Source: Hypanus sabinus (lineage: Eukaryota). From it: 64,000 nucleotides of DNA. The DNA lies in contig NC_082731.1 of assembly GCF_030144855.1 (NCBI RefSeq), positions 24,676,001 to 24,740,000 of the forward strand. The letters are read 5' to 3'. A program made the position numbers and the translations under genes. The notes under the pieces were generated by a model. It was not told the origin of the DNA and searched no databases. It saw nothing but the letters and a program-made list of their open reading frames with translations. Numbering within the stretch: the first letter of the stretch is position 1; every line of letters starts with the position of its first letter. Below are positions 52,460-64,000 of the stretch, piece after piece.

Positions 52460-53399
52460 GCCGAAGGTTTCTGAGGCACATCTGCTATTTGTTTCGGGTT
52501 CTTTGCCGCAAACTCTCAGGCATTGATGCAAAACTGCAGTGGCTGCTTCTCATTGGAAATATGTGTGGAAGCAAGCCGTGTGTTTACTGCGTAGTTCTTA
52601 ATGTGCAACATTAACTTGCTAATACCAAATTAACGTCCAGTGAAGAATGATAAATGCATGTGCGTGACGTAATTTATAGAAGACTGAATATATAATTGAA
52701 CATGCAGGCTACAGATTATTTGGCGGCCAATGATGCTGTGCCGACCAGCAAAATAAAAATCTCCGAAGTTATTCTAAATATTGCCCCTTATTTAGCCAGG
52801 ATTATCCTTCTATGTGCATCTGTGAACTGACCTGGCAACGACTTGCACATGCATACCACTCCATGTATGCACATATCCCCGCTCTACTTTCCAAGGAACG
52901 CCAGAAAGGCAGGTGCCCCATAGTGTCGTACTAGGACTGATAAAATAAAAAATAAAAATCATAGTCCCCCATTCAGAGCCTCTCATGGTCTTGCTCGCGT
53001 CTGTTAGGTCGCCACACATTCTCTAATACAACCGAGAGAGAAGAACTTGCCTGTTCAGTCTATCCACAAGAAACATGTTACATATTTACAGTAGCATGTT
53101 GCTGAGCTGTTATTTCTCCTCTCTCAAGCTTCCATATCCTTCATAACATTATACAAAGAAAACATAAAGCAAATAAGTTGAGAATAGGTTGAGTGAACTC
53201 GATTTATTCGCCTTGACGCGTTGGAGGATAAGAGGTGACCTGATAGTGCTGTATAACATCATGAGATGCATTAATCGTGTGGGCTGTCAGAGGATTCGTC
53301 CCCCCAGGTCTGAAATGGCTAACGCGAGTGGGCACAGTTTTATGGTAGGTGTCACCAAACTTTTTAAAACCGTGGACCGTTTTAATTTTGACAGTATTC

Positions 53400-54251
53400 T
53401 TGCGGATCGGCTGTAGGGGAGGCAGAGTGGTGGTGCTAATCCCGACCGAAATATAGGTGGTAAATCAACTGTAAGCCACTTATAAGTGGCTAATACACTC
53501 AATTTCGTTTCTAAAATGGTTTGTCTAAAGAATTTAAGATTAAACACACAACCCAGATTTTCCTCCCCTGTGTATGGTGATAAGTCAATTAGAACTCATT
53601 TATAAGTGAATAGCATCATAACATTTCAAGTGAAGTTTAGATGTTAAATGCAGAGTGCGTATTTTCCTCGTATGAACATATAAAATCATTGCAACACACC
53701 AGTGAAAGGACAAAGTAAGGGCCGGAGGTCCACATGCCGAGGCCGCGGTGGTTACTGTCTGGAGAGAGTGACAGACCGAGCGAGGAGTGCGACAGGGCGC
53801 GTACCCACTCCCCTTGTAGGTAGATATGATCTATTGAAAATTGACTCGAGGGATGAATTTCAGTAGTTCGCTGCAAAGTAGCTGCTCTGCTACTTACGAA
53901 AGCCTGAGCCCGAATTAGGTTATCTGCGAATATTTCAGCACCGGGTTCCTCTCGAAAATTCGGTGTACGAAAAGGTGCTCCCATCTGTCCACGTTACAGG
54001 ACAGTAAAAATAGCTTATCTCGCTGGCCACGGGAGACGGCCGGTTACCCGACGCCAAACAGTGATCCCTGGCGCGAGGATATCACTGCGTTTAGGCGACT
54101 GATGACTTCGCGTGGGTATTGACAGCACGTGCGTAATGACCTCGCGTGCGTTCAAGTTCAACAGTAGGCGTCACAGGGAATGAGGAAAGGTGCAACTGAC
54201 TCATATCTTTTCTTCCCATATGCTTTGCAGCCCGGTGGTTGGAGACCACTG
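53400..54251. mobile_element. hAT-like non-autonomous DNA transposon fragment
   Basis: Right end GGTGGTTGGAGACCACTG (reverse complement CAGTGGTCTCCAACC, hAT-type TIR); the left TIR was not recognised. Confidence 0.4.
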
Positions 54252-54999
54252 TTTTAAGGTGCTTAGAAGTTGGTACAGAGGTACAGAGAAGTAGTATGTT
54301 ATGTTTAAGATCATTACACGGGGAGTGGTATTGTGCCTGGAACGGGCTGCGTCCGAACGTAGTGGACGTGGTTTCAGGAACCTTCTAGATAGGTACACGG
54401 TGCTTAGACAAATAGACTGTTATAGGTTACCCCAGGTAATTTGTAAAGTAAGAACGTGGTCGACACAGCAGTTTAGCCGAAGGACCTGTATTTTGCTGTG
54501 GGTTTTCTATGTTTCTATGCCTCCCAAACTCCAGGAGTCTGTCTTTCCAGGGTTTGACAGCTGCAAAATTACTTTGGACCTCCTGAATAAAATATATTGA
54601 ATAATGTGTATCAATAAATATTGCGCCTTATTACCCATTCTGTTAAATGGTGATGCTATGTTAAGAGACGTCCAGATGCGAGCAGTAGGATCCATCTGTT
54701 CCTTCAGAGCGCTCAGACAGCTGGCATTAACTGTGCATTTTGCCGTCAAGCTTGAAGCTTCCAAAGAAGCTTTTTGCAACACTTTCTCTCAGTTGATTAA
54801 CGACAGCATGCCATTGGTAGAGCTATAAATGGGGCTGAATTTCAATCATGTCCGCATTCAAGTTTTTTTAAGCAGAGATTCCGTGATGGTTTCCTCGACG
54901 TTGGAGAATCCCCGTCGGGGAGGGGTGCGTTGAATTTGGGTACGTGAGTCAGAGAGCTACCTTTCAAGGTTGATTGTAAAGGTAGATTTTCGCAGCAAT

Positions 55000-55560
55000 T
55001 TAAGAAATAGAACTATAGTCAGGTGTGATCAGCTTTTGAGATTGATTAACAAGAGAAATTTAAGGAAAGGCAGTAGTAGACGCAGCAGCCGGTGCCTGTG
55101 TGGAAAGAGGGAGAATGGTCATTTTGAGTATTCAGGGAAGAGAGGCTCCAGTAAGAGAATACAAATGAAGCGTTTGTTTATGTCTTCTCCCACCCCCCAC
55201 AACATTTTATATTTGCTCAGATAGGAGAGTAGGGAAATCAGCCAGTATATCTGAACGCTTCTACTGTGGGATTTGGAAAGACAGGGAAACCTCCATTGTA
55301 CCTGATAACTGCAACTGCGAGGTGGACCGGCTACAGATTTCTACAACTTGCGTTAAGTTGTTGGAGCTGGAACTGGAAGATTTCTGAAACTTTCGGGAAA
55401 CACGTGGGGGGAGGATCATAGCGAGGACACAAAGAGAAGTATTCACATGCAAGGTGCAGGATACACGAAAGTGGATGGCAGACATGAAGAGTAATTCGAA
55501 TGAGGTTGAACTGCATAATGGCCATTTGGTCATAGGTCTCAGTAACAGGTTGCACACTTT
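55000..55560 (+). mobile_element. CR1 5' UTR/ORF1 remnant
   Basis: Degenerate ...LELELEDF...REHVGG sequence similar to 13121 and 24894. Confidence 0.45.
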
Positions 55561-57259
55561 TGAAGTTGCAGCTCGACATTACAATGGAAAGTAGCAATGG
55601 CAAGTGATATAACGGTAGCAATTCACTTACAAAAGTAAACTCAACTAACTTTGGAGTACCACCATGGTCGGTGAAAACGCCAGCTGTCTAATGGAATATT
55701 TCGTGAAAACCTCCACGCTTAGCTCCTCAATTTTTCAACATTTCGGTAAATCATTTTATGTCGATTTTCGCTCTGAGGCATGGATTGTTTTGTCTTCTTT
55801 TCAGATTGTATTTATATCTTTCAACATCCCTCCTCCTGCAGTAGAGTGAAATATATCCCCGAAAGAAAGCATTACTTTTACTTTCTCGGATAGATTTTAT
55901 ATGGTTATAGAAACAGAATTTTGACTGGCTTTTACATGACTGTAAAACTGTAAAACTATTCACTGTTTACACCAGACAAATGCTTGATATAAAACATTTT
56001 TTTTTCATTCCCCGGAGGAAAATGTAACAGCTACGCTGACATGTTTTCTTGTGTTGCAAATACTCTTTTCTGCTCTTGAGGAAAATATTGTCAGTGAGAC
56101 TGATCAAATGTTCGTTTCATATATAGAGAGAAATTTATATCATTCGAATGAAAAATTATGCCTTTGTGAAACTTCCCTTTATTAGAGGGAGAAAGCACTT
56201 CTATTTTCGATGCCGCTGTTTGCATAAACACTGCCGATTTCAGAAGCCCCCAGAGCGTCCTTGAGGTAAAACCGACCACATAATTTCAAGTTATCTCTAG
56301 GATAAGGAATGTATTGATTTTTATTGTCTCGTGAATCCGCCAGACAAACGAAAGACAATTTTAGGCGAAATATTTGTGAGTCACCAGCCTATATTCAGAT
56401 CACATCCACGGCTGCTTCCTTATTCATTGTATTTGGTGGCAAGTCATCTCAACTTGTCTGTACTAACTGCGAGAGGAAACAGATGAAAATAACATTCTTA
56501 TTGAACGATCACTCATGCAATATGCGAATGTAACATCGTGGAACATAGTACAAAAAACAAAAAAGAAACGACATTACATCAATGGATTTGAAAAGAATTT
56601 TGGAGGACATCCATTAATGGAGGAGTAGGAAAAATACGATCTCGGAATATATCGAGAATAATTTCACTGTTCTGGATTTCATACAAAGATATGAAATTTG
56701 AAGTGTCACATAATCGTGTATTCTCGACAGTTTCTTGTTATAGATCGTAAGTCGTTCCTCAGAAATTTGCCCAAATTAGTTAAGAAACTCTTTGCCTTTC
56801 AATAAGTCCACGCGCTACCAGTTTCTTTTCATTCAGGTTTTCAGCATTTGCATTTCTGAAATATTTCCGATTACAAAATATATTGGCACCGCTATCGACA
56901 CATCACTCAAGCAAACCCCAAAGTGAGAAGATGCAGAAAAAAGGAAGAAATCTTCATATTTTGCACCTGTACGCAACAGATGCACGGGCAAAACATGTCC
57001 ATTATTTCTTTTTTTTTGATTTTGTTCTTCTGTCAATGTGTAATGCTGTGAGGTCTCTCTATTACGGTGGAGATGTCTCAAAAGGAAAAAAAAAACAGTA
57101 AAAGGTCAGACACTGTCTTAGATCTACATGTTGACAGAATGCTTGGAATATGCAGCAGGAATTTCAGCTCAGCCATGTTTGCAAGCTTCAAGATAAGCTT
57201 GCACTTATGGGGATTTAGATTTCTTGTACCGTAAAAGCTGAGAGATGAGATTTTAGAAG

Positions 57260-58700
57260 AGTAGCATGCTGATTATCGAGAGTTTATCAAATTAATACGT
57301 TTACTCGAAATATTGTCTGCTCCTCTGGCAGTGATCAGCTGGCCGGGCATTGTGTGGCATGCAAAGTGCAACGCCTCTCCAAGCATAGGTAAGACCAGGA
57401 CTTTCCTGCCAGAATACTCTTGAAGAATTTGCCTGATCACTAGTGAGTACAAATTTCTTGTTTGTTGTCGATGCAGTCTCAAAATGGCCAGAAGTGTTCC
57501 AAAGAGCTTGCAATACAGCCTCGCATGCTTTTGGCGAATTGAGAATATGCTTTTCGAGGGCTGGTGTTCGAGTACATTTAGTCAGTGGCAATGGACCAGG
57601 GTTTGTTACGGACATTAAAGAACAGACATTAAAAAACATCATTAGACTCAGATATATTACATCTGCATCGTTCCAAGCATCTACAAATGTCTAGAAGGAT
57701 TTTCCCCCGCAGTTTAAATATAACACTGAGAAAGATGTCAGATTTCAATGTTCTACATTGAAACTGAATCAAAAGCTCGCCAATTTCATCTATAAATATC
57801 TCAAAGAATCCTGCAACTGACACGCTGCGTGGCTCCAGAGCCGACCCTTGCGTTCAAGCATGGGGCTCCGTAACCCCAATCTCAGAAGGAGTATTCAGGA
57901 TATACAGCCGAGACAAAATGACAGATTTTCAAACTAAAAGGCTTCATGTTTCACTCGGCTATACTGTCCCGGCGGGTGTCTACAGTGTTGATCAAAAATG
58001 ACTACTTGAAAAACTTCATAACAAAACATGCAACTCTCCCACACAGTGGTGATTCCGTCTGCTGTTATCTGGAGACGAACCATCAATCAGATAAGGAAAG
58101 CCGAGTCATATTTTACCGACAAGAGGTATCTAGAACGATAAGAACAGCTTCCTGCAGTCACAGAGTCAATTCCAAGAGGGACAAAGGCGAGGTCTCGAAA
58201 GATGATTATGTTTCGCAGCACGTCTCGCCAACCAATAAGCTTGAAGCCCCACTTATCAAAAATGAGGTTATCCACAAGTGTAAGTAAAAATCCCACACTG
58301 AGGTGAAAATTTCAGGCCTGGGTGGGAAGTATAAAATTTACGATGCATTGGACACACACATTGTGCATATAATCTGAGATGCATTCGCGGCTGATTTGAA
58401 GATTATATTTAAGTAGGGAGGACTGTAGTTCGTATAACATTTCAGTAATATGTGAGCAATATTGCAAATATATTTCTTAGTTACGGATCCTTGTTCGTTT
58501 AAATAATTTGTTATAGGTTATATGTAAAGGTTCATAAATGACACACGTCTTCACGCCACAAGTTACACTAAGCCCCGCCTCTGCGTTTCCTTTCAATTAA
58601 ATGTATGTTCTGAAACAACAAAGCAGTCCAGAATAGATGCAAAATATACAGGAAAATTGTTGTTTATGATACAAAGACTCATCAGCAGGAACTTTTGCTC
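57260..58700 (+). mobile_element. Gypsy pol integrase remnant with PPT and probable LTR start
   Basis: NFLFVVDAVSKWPEV...LRICFSR.G....LVSGNGP; purine tract AAGTAGGGAGGAC followed by TGTAG at 58424. Confidence 0.7.
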
Positions 58701-60355
58701 ACTTTTTCCCTCCGGTCTGACTGTCCTTCGCAACCAACACCAAAAACTTGGATCCAGGAAATCACCTTGAGAAGTGGGAGCAGTGATAATGAAATAAATG
58801 CTGAATTGCACAGGTAGTAAAACAAAAGGTTGTAATTTTTTTTCTAAATATATTCACATCTGATTTTGTTCACAGCCTTTTCGCTCTGTTCATCTTCTAA
58901 ATGTTCATCGATTTCTATTCCATCAGACGTTAAACATTTTAACAGGGCATAATAACAGAAGATTGAACACTGTTTACATGACATGACCCAGCAATAAATG
59001 CTTCCAGTGGCCATTGCAACGAAATATTTATGAAAAGTACCAGGCTTTTCATTCCGCAGAGAGGAACAAAGAAAAAAAGAATGCGATTTTTTTCCTTAAT
59101 CTGTTATATGGCCTGAAGTGTAAATCCTGAACATTTTTCAGGTGCTTCTGTGAATGGGGATGCAGCATTATGATTAGCTGTATGATATCTGCACTAAAGA
59201 ACAGGTATACATGCGTACGTATTATTATAAAAATGTCTCTAAATATATCAGTGATATTTGATGAGTGTGAGGTAAGTCGCAGGGAGACCAAATAAACATA
59301 TGTCTGAAACAATATCTGCTGACCTCCTTCTCACAGTCCGCATGACGTCTTGTACCGTAGTCTGCTGAAAGGCAGATAGATAAGCATTAATGTTTGAAAA
59401 TTCCTAGCATTTCCATTCTGACATTTGGATTTCCATTGCAATGTCTAGCTCTGCAGATAAAGATATTACCAGCAATCGAAAAACTACAGAAGCTGGAATT
59501 CCAAACAGCACATGCCGACAGTTATCGCTTGTGATACACGGAAGAAAATCATATCAAAACGATTGAACTATTCATGATTTTCACTATAGCATGCAAGGCA
59601 ATTAGTTCGAATTTTGTCGCAAACCTCAGCCTCTCCGGAACTATACTTTTCCAGACATTTGAACTTCGATGTGTTGTTGCCATTTGCAAACTTGTTTATT
59701 TTCTGTCCTTCTTTCGTGTCCTTTCAGATGGTAATAATTATTAACAGCATTAGTTGAGCCTGTGGCGTTGTACACAGAAAAAAAAAACTGACCATTCCCA
59801 GTTAACCATTTATCCAATTCTTTTGATTAAATGACATCGTTTACAAATTTCGGCTGGCCTCTACGAGATCTCTGCTCGTTATTTACTCTGGTCAGATTCA
59901 GTTCACAAAAAAAACCCGCCAGAACCCTCGAGAAAGAAATCCACATTGCTGCAGATTTTGAGAAATAAATACTAAATTTGACAGGGGGACCGGTTTTGTT
60001 TTGAACAGAAATTGCTCCTAGTTTAATCCTTCCGGCTCCTGTTCATTCACTCCAACATTTGCGCACACCAGTGTGTCGCATTTAAATCGATCTCTGATCT
60101 TTCCTTTTCGGCATTATGTATTTGTGAAGCAATTACCGTCGGGTAATTATACTAGTTTCCAAATCAATTGATTTTCAGTGAAAGATTGATATAAACCTCA
60201 AAGGAAGAAGACGCTGTAGTTATTGGAAGGAGTCAGAGAGTCACGCGAGCAACTTCCAACTCTTGCCCTCTTCTGAGCCTTCAGTTCCGTTTTGGTTCGA
60301 CAGGCAGAGGAAGATTCATCTAATTACTCGAACAGAGAGCAGGTGTGTGGCAGAT

Positions 60356-60393
60356 AGTTATTGTATGAGTTTCTACAAAGTTCCCACACTGTG
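60356..60393 (-). other. RSS of V3 (23-type with 22-bp spacer)
   Basis: Minus strand: CACAGTG (60393-60387), 22-bp spacer, nonamer ACAATAACT (60364-60356). Confidence 0.85.
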
Positions 60394-60697
60394 AGTCTCA
60401 CTGCACAGTAATATACCGCCGTATCGGACATTCGCAGCCCAGAGATGGTCAATTGATATTTCTTCACCGATTGACGCACAACGTCAGAAAACCGGTCGAT
60501 TGCGAATTTCGATTTAGCATCAGAAGTGCCATCAGTATATCTCCGGACAGCATACTCGGGATGTTTGCCTGTGCACTGGCGATACCAGAATAAGTAATAA
60601 CCATTATTGCTGTAGGAACAGGTTAAAGTGACAATTTCCCCCTCTGTTATATTAATCGAGGTCTCCTGTTGTGTTACGGAGAAGCAATAACACAGAC
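60394..60697 (-). CDS. TRAV/TRDV: TCR V segment V3, V exon, inverted, apparently functional (not in ORF track)
   Basis: Minus-strand acceptor tttcAG. Reads RLCYCFSVTQQETSINITEGEIVTLTC-SYSNNGYYLF-WYRQCTGKHPEYAVRRYTDGTSDAKSKFAIDRFSDVVRQSVKKYQLTISGLRMSDTAVYYCAVR with no stops; RSS follows. Confidence 0.93.
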
Positions 60698-61353
60698 CTG
60701 AAATAGATTACAAAAAGATAGGCATTAATGTTGTGGTCCATACAGAGTAGAGATAGCATGCCACATCTGCAGTGAATGTTGTACAACATTAAATTCATAT
60801 CTAAGAGAAACAGCATTTTTCGGAGCTGATGGCCATTGCATACGAGCATATTTCATGCAAGCTTTCATTATTAACCAAATCCCCAACGCTTTTTTCTGCA
60901 AATCGCTGCATCTTAATTTTATCTTTTGATTTTATATATAGCTTTAAACCATCTGTTCAGTGCAGTAAAGCATTGTATATCGCGAAAATAAACGAAAACC
61001 TTTTTAGGTATTCCCGCATGGATTTTATAAGCGAATAAATGCTAAATTTTGAAATCATTCTGCATGGAGAAATTATCTGGAAATGCTATCAGTGATTATT
61101 TTATAGTAACATTTATGTAAGACACTAATATTTCTATTCCCCAGTGGGCAATAAAACATAATCTGATCCATTTCCTGGAATAGGCACTGCTCATAAAACT
61201 ATGCGAAAATTTAAAAAAAATGCTCTTCAAGGAAACATGATAAATGTGAGTTCTCACACGTTTGTTCCAATAATAGTGAAACAGAAGTTCATATAACTTT
61301 GGAAATTCCATCTCATTATATTTTCAACTCTGTAGAGAATTTAATACTCTTAC

Positions 61354-61399
61354 GGATAACAAGTGTTGCCAAAGTCGCTCCGGATAAAAACACTCGCAT
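61354..61399 (-). CDS. Leader exon of V3 (MRVFLSGATLATLVI)
   Basis: 46-nt exon from ATG (61399), hydrophobic, phase-1 donor C|GTAAGA; 656-nt intron to the acceptor at 60698. Confidence 0.88.
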
Positions 61400-61482
61400 T
61401 TTCGGCTTTGCAGGAACACTAAATTTCTCAGAAATCTGCCGAGCGTCTCTCAGGCAGAATTGAAGCATATGAGGACTTTGTC

Positions 61483-61490
61483 TGACGTCA
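61483..61490 (-). promoter_or_regulatory. CRE (TGACGTCA) in putative V3 promoter
   Basis: Perfect palindromic CRE about 84 bp upstream of the V3 ATG in non-repeat sequence. CRE-like motifs are a known feature of TCR V promoters. Confidence 0.55.
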
Positions 61491-64000
61491 TCCGCCAAGA
61501 GAAAGCATGTCATCTCCGGTCGAATAAAGGAATGTATTGTATTACAGAAGTCAGTTATCACGTGAAAGTCTTCAAAGAAACCGAAGTCAAGCATAAAATA
61601 AATGTTTTATTGCAAAATCAGTGAGACGCTACACTCTATTCAGCTCGCCCGAAGAATTTATCCTCAATGTGGCAGGACAAACACAGCGCACTGCAAATAC
61701 GGTTCCCCCGACAGATGCCTAAAGGACTGGTGCAAAGAGAAATTAAGCCAATGTCCTGCTTGATGATTAAGTTTTGCTGCAGAATCATGATGAATAGTTC
61801 CTCTGAGAAAAATTGGTTTCTACGGTATCCACTGACCCAGATTATGTAAACAGCAAAACAAATCAACAGTGACGTAACACCATCTTCAGACCACTTAGTG
61901 AGTTCTTCATATATTCTTGTTTGGAATTGAATGAAGATAGAGACGGGTACTCAGTGAGAGTAATTTATTTTCAGGAAAATCTGTTAGTTAATCAGTTTAC
62001 ATATTTCTGTCAAATAACTGTGTATCGTTCTACCCTCTTTGGAATTATCATTTCCAATCATGGTCTTGAAAGTGTTGGAAATGCAGGCCTCTCCTGTAGA
62101 ACAAATTGCAAATGCGAGAATTTGCAGAGGTTAAGGTCACTGGTGTGGGTTTCAAACCAATATAAAAACTAGGAAGACACCCAAAAATGGGCAAGGGATC
62201 AAGGAGTAGCTATTTACATCATAACACATTCCACAGGCAGGAAACCAAATTAATTAAGAGCTTATTGACCTTTTATTTCGTTTGGCGCGTTCTGCTTTGT
62301 TTCATAGAGGACACACTTCTCCGCTACGTAGATCCCGGTGGGAACATTTCCATAGATTAACCACAAACAATAAATTATTGCATTTTAAAAAATGATTGCC
62401 ACTTTCAAGCAATAGAAAATATGCACATCCTGGAAATGCAGCCAACACTGTCATTGCTGAAGGGACTCAGCAGGCAAATCAGCATATATAGAAATGAGGA
62501 CAGTTAATGGTTCGACACCTTTCATCAACTCGGAAGAAAAAGATGATGAGTGAGACTAAGTATTTTTGGAAATGGGGAGGAGAACTAAATACAAGGTGCA
62601 GAGTCTCACTGACTCTCACAGCAGCTGTGCGGACTATGTCGTTTACCACCAAATCATTTGTAAAAACATATTCCCAGACTTTCATCATTCCGTCTGCACC
62701 ACATCTGCGCAAAGGATGAGGCTTTTCCATAAGACCATCATACGGTAAGAGTAGACTTGCGACACTTAGATCATCTAGTCTCCTCCAGCATTCTGTCATG
62801 ACTGATCCGTACATACCCAGCCCACACACTGGCGTTCTTCCTGTAACAGTTGATGCTGCGTCCAATTAAATACCTTTCAGGCTCTGCGTTAAAGGCATCT
62901 AAGGACCTGACCACCACAGCTACCTGTGGTAGCAAATTCTAGAAACTCACCACGCTCGGGCTAAAGTAATTTTTCATCATCACTGCTCTAAATGGAGGAC
63001 TGTGTGTTCTCCATGGCCTCTACGTCCTGAAGATATGCCGTTCTATCGTGGACATCTTCCCACTGTGAGGCATCCTTTCTACATCGACGGTCTCTGGGTC
63101 TTTCAACGATCGAAAAATGTCAATTAGATGATCCCGTTACCCCATCCTCCTATATTCCAACAAGCATAGACGCAACGATATCAACCGATTATGCCATGAT
63201 AACGCTTTGATTATCTGAATCAATATTGAGGACCTCCCCAGAGGACCAAAAAATATTCGCAATGCTAAAAGTGAGATCTCACCATTGCCTGTTAAAGTAA
63301 CAGCATCGCATTTCTGTATTTCTTTGTGTAGCATGTTTTAAGGTCTCACGGCTAATGCAATGTTTTCTCTGTCGTACAAGATCTGGGTTATAACGAGAGA
63401 TAACGGGGTTTGGAATGCTCGGGCTATCCAATGAGAGAACTGTTGATTTTTCTTCTTAGTCTGGACGATAGATTTTCGCGGTGTTCGCTGGGGAAAGATG
63501 AGGACAGAGACGCGAATGAAGAAAGTTGGAAGACCAAAGGCCAGCGACGATTGGAGGAGGTCGATGGTGGACGACCAGCATATCAAAAACCTCCAACATT
63601 GTGCAATAGACAGTTTCATGAGAACGGCCTCTTCATCTTTAAAAAAAAATATCTTTACTAACCATATAGTCATATTTAGAATTGTTAATACGCGGAATTG
63701 ATTTGTACCAGGGAACACATCGCGCAGCATCCACCGAAAGGATATTTCTTAAGTTTGGCCGGGCCGGAGGCAATGATCCCTTATACTAAGCCGCTAGCCG
63801 AAGCAAGAGTTAAAATTCTGAAGGCTAAGTTCGGGATTGTTTCCATTGTATGTTGTGTGATTAACCCGAGCAATGAAACAATGGGGTAGATTTTTCAGCT
63901 ATGAATTGTTAATTCGCCTGTTAAGTCCTGTTAACATAGCGATTGCGGGCAGAGGTCAGATAAATATGGCTGGCGCAGCTCTAGTTTTATTGCCGACCAG

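Overview
Eukaryotic genomic DNA, not prokaryotic. It is most likely from a cartilaginous fish, probably a ray or other batoid; this is an inference from the V-domain motifs and the repeat families. The window is part of a T-cell receptor variable-segment array, best matching the TCR alpha/delta locus. Three V segments with 23-type recombination signal sequences (RSS) are directly readable. V1 (+, 20611-20920) has no intact leader exon that I could find. V2 (+, leader 51512-51557, V exon 52119-52420) is intact. V3 (-, leader 61399-61354, V exon 60697-60394) is intact, inverted relative to V1/V2, and absent from the supplied ORF track. No D, J or C segments are visible. The rest is mostly decayed transposons: CR1 LINEs in both orientations, an L1, REX1-like LINEs, a tRNA-SINE, Gypsy relics and a hAT-like MITE. 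One complete two-LTR Gmr1-like Gypsy element (1275-6650, -) lacks pol and instead carries a second, degenerate copy of its gag-protease module. It inserted with a 4-bp TSD into a Penelope-type terminal repeat containing a degenerate hammerhead-ribozyme core. There are five short N gaps. Repeat boundaries are approximate and family names come from motif recognition, not database searches.
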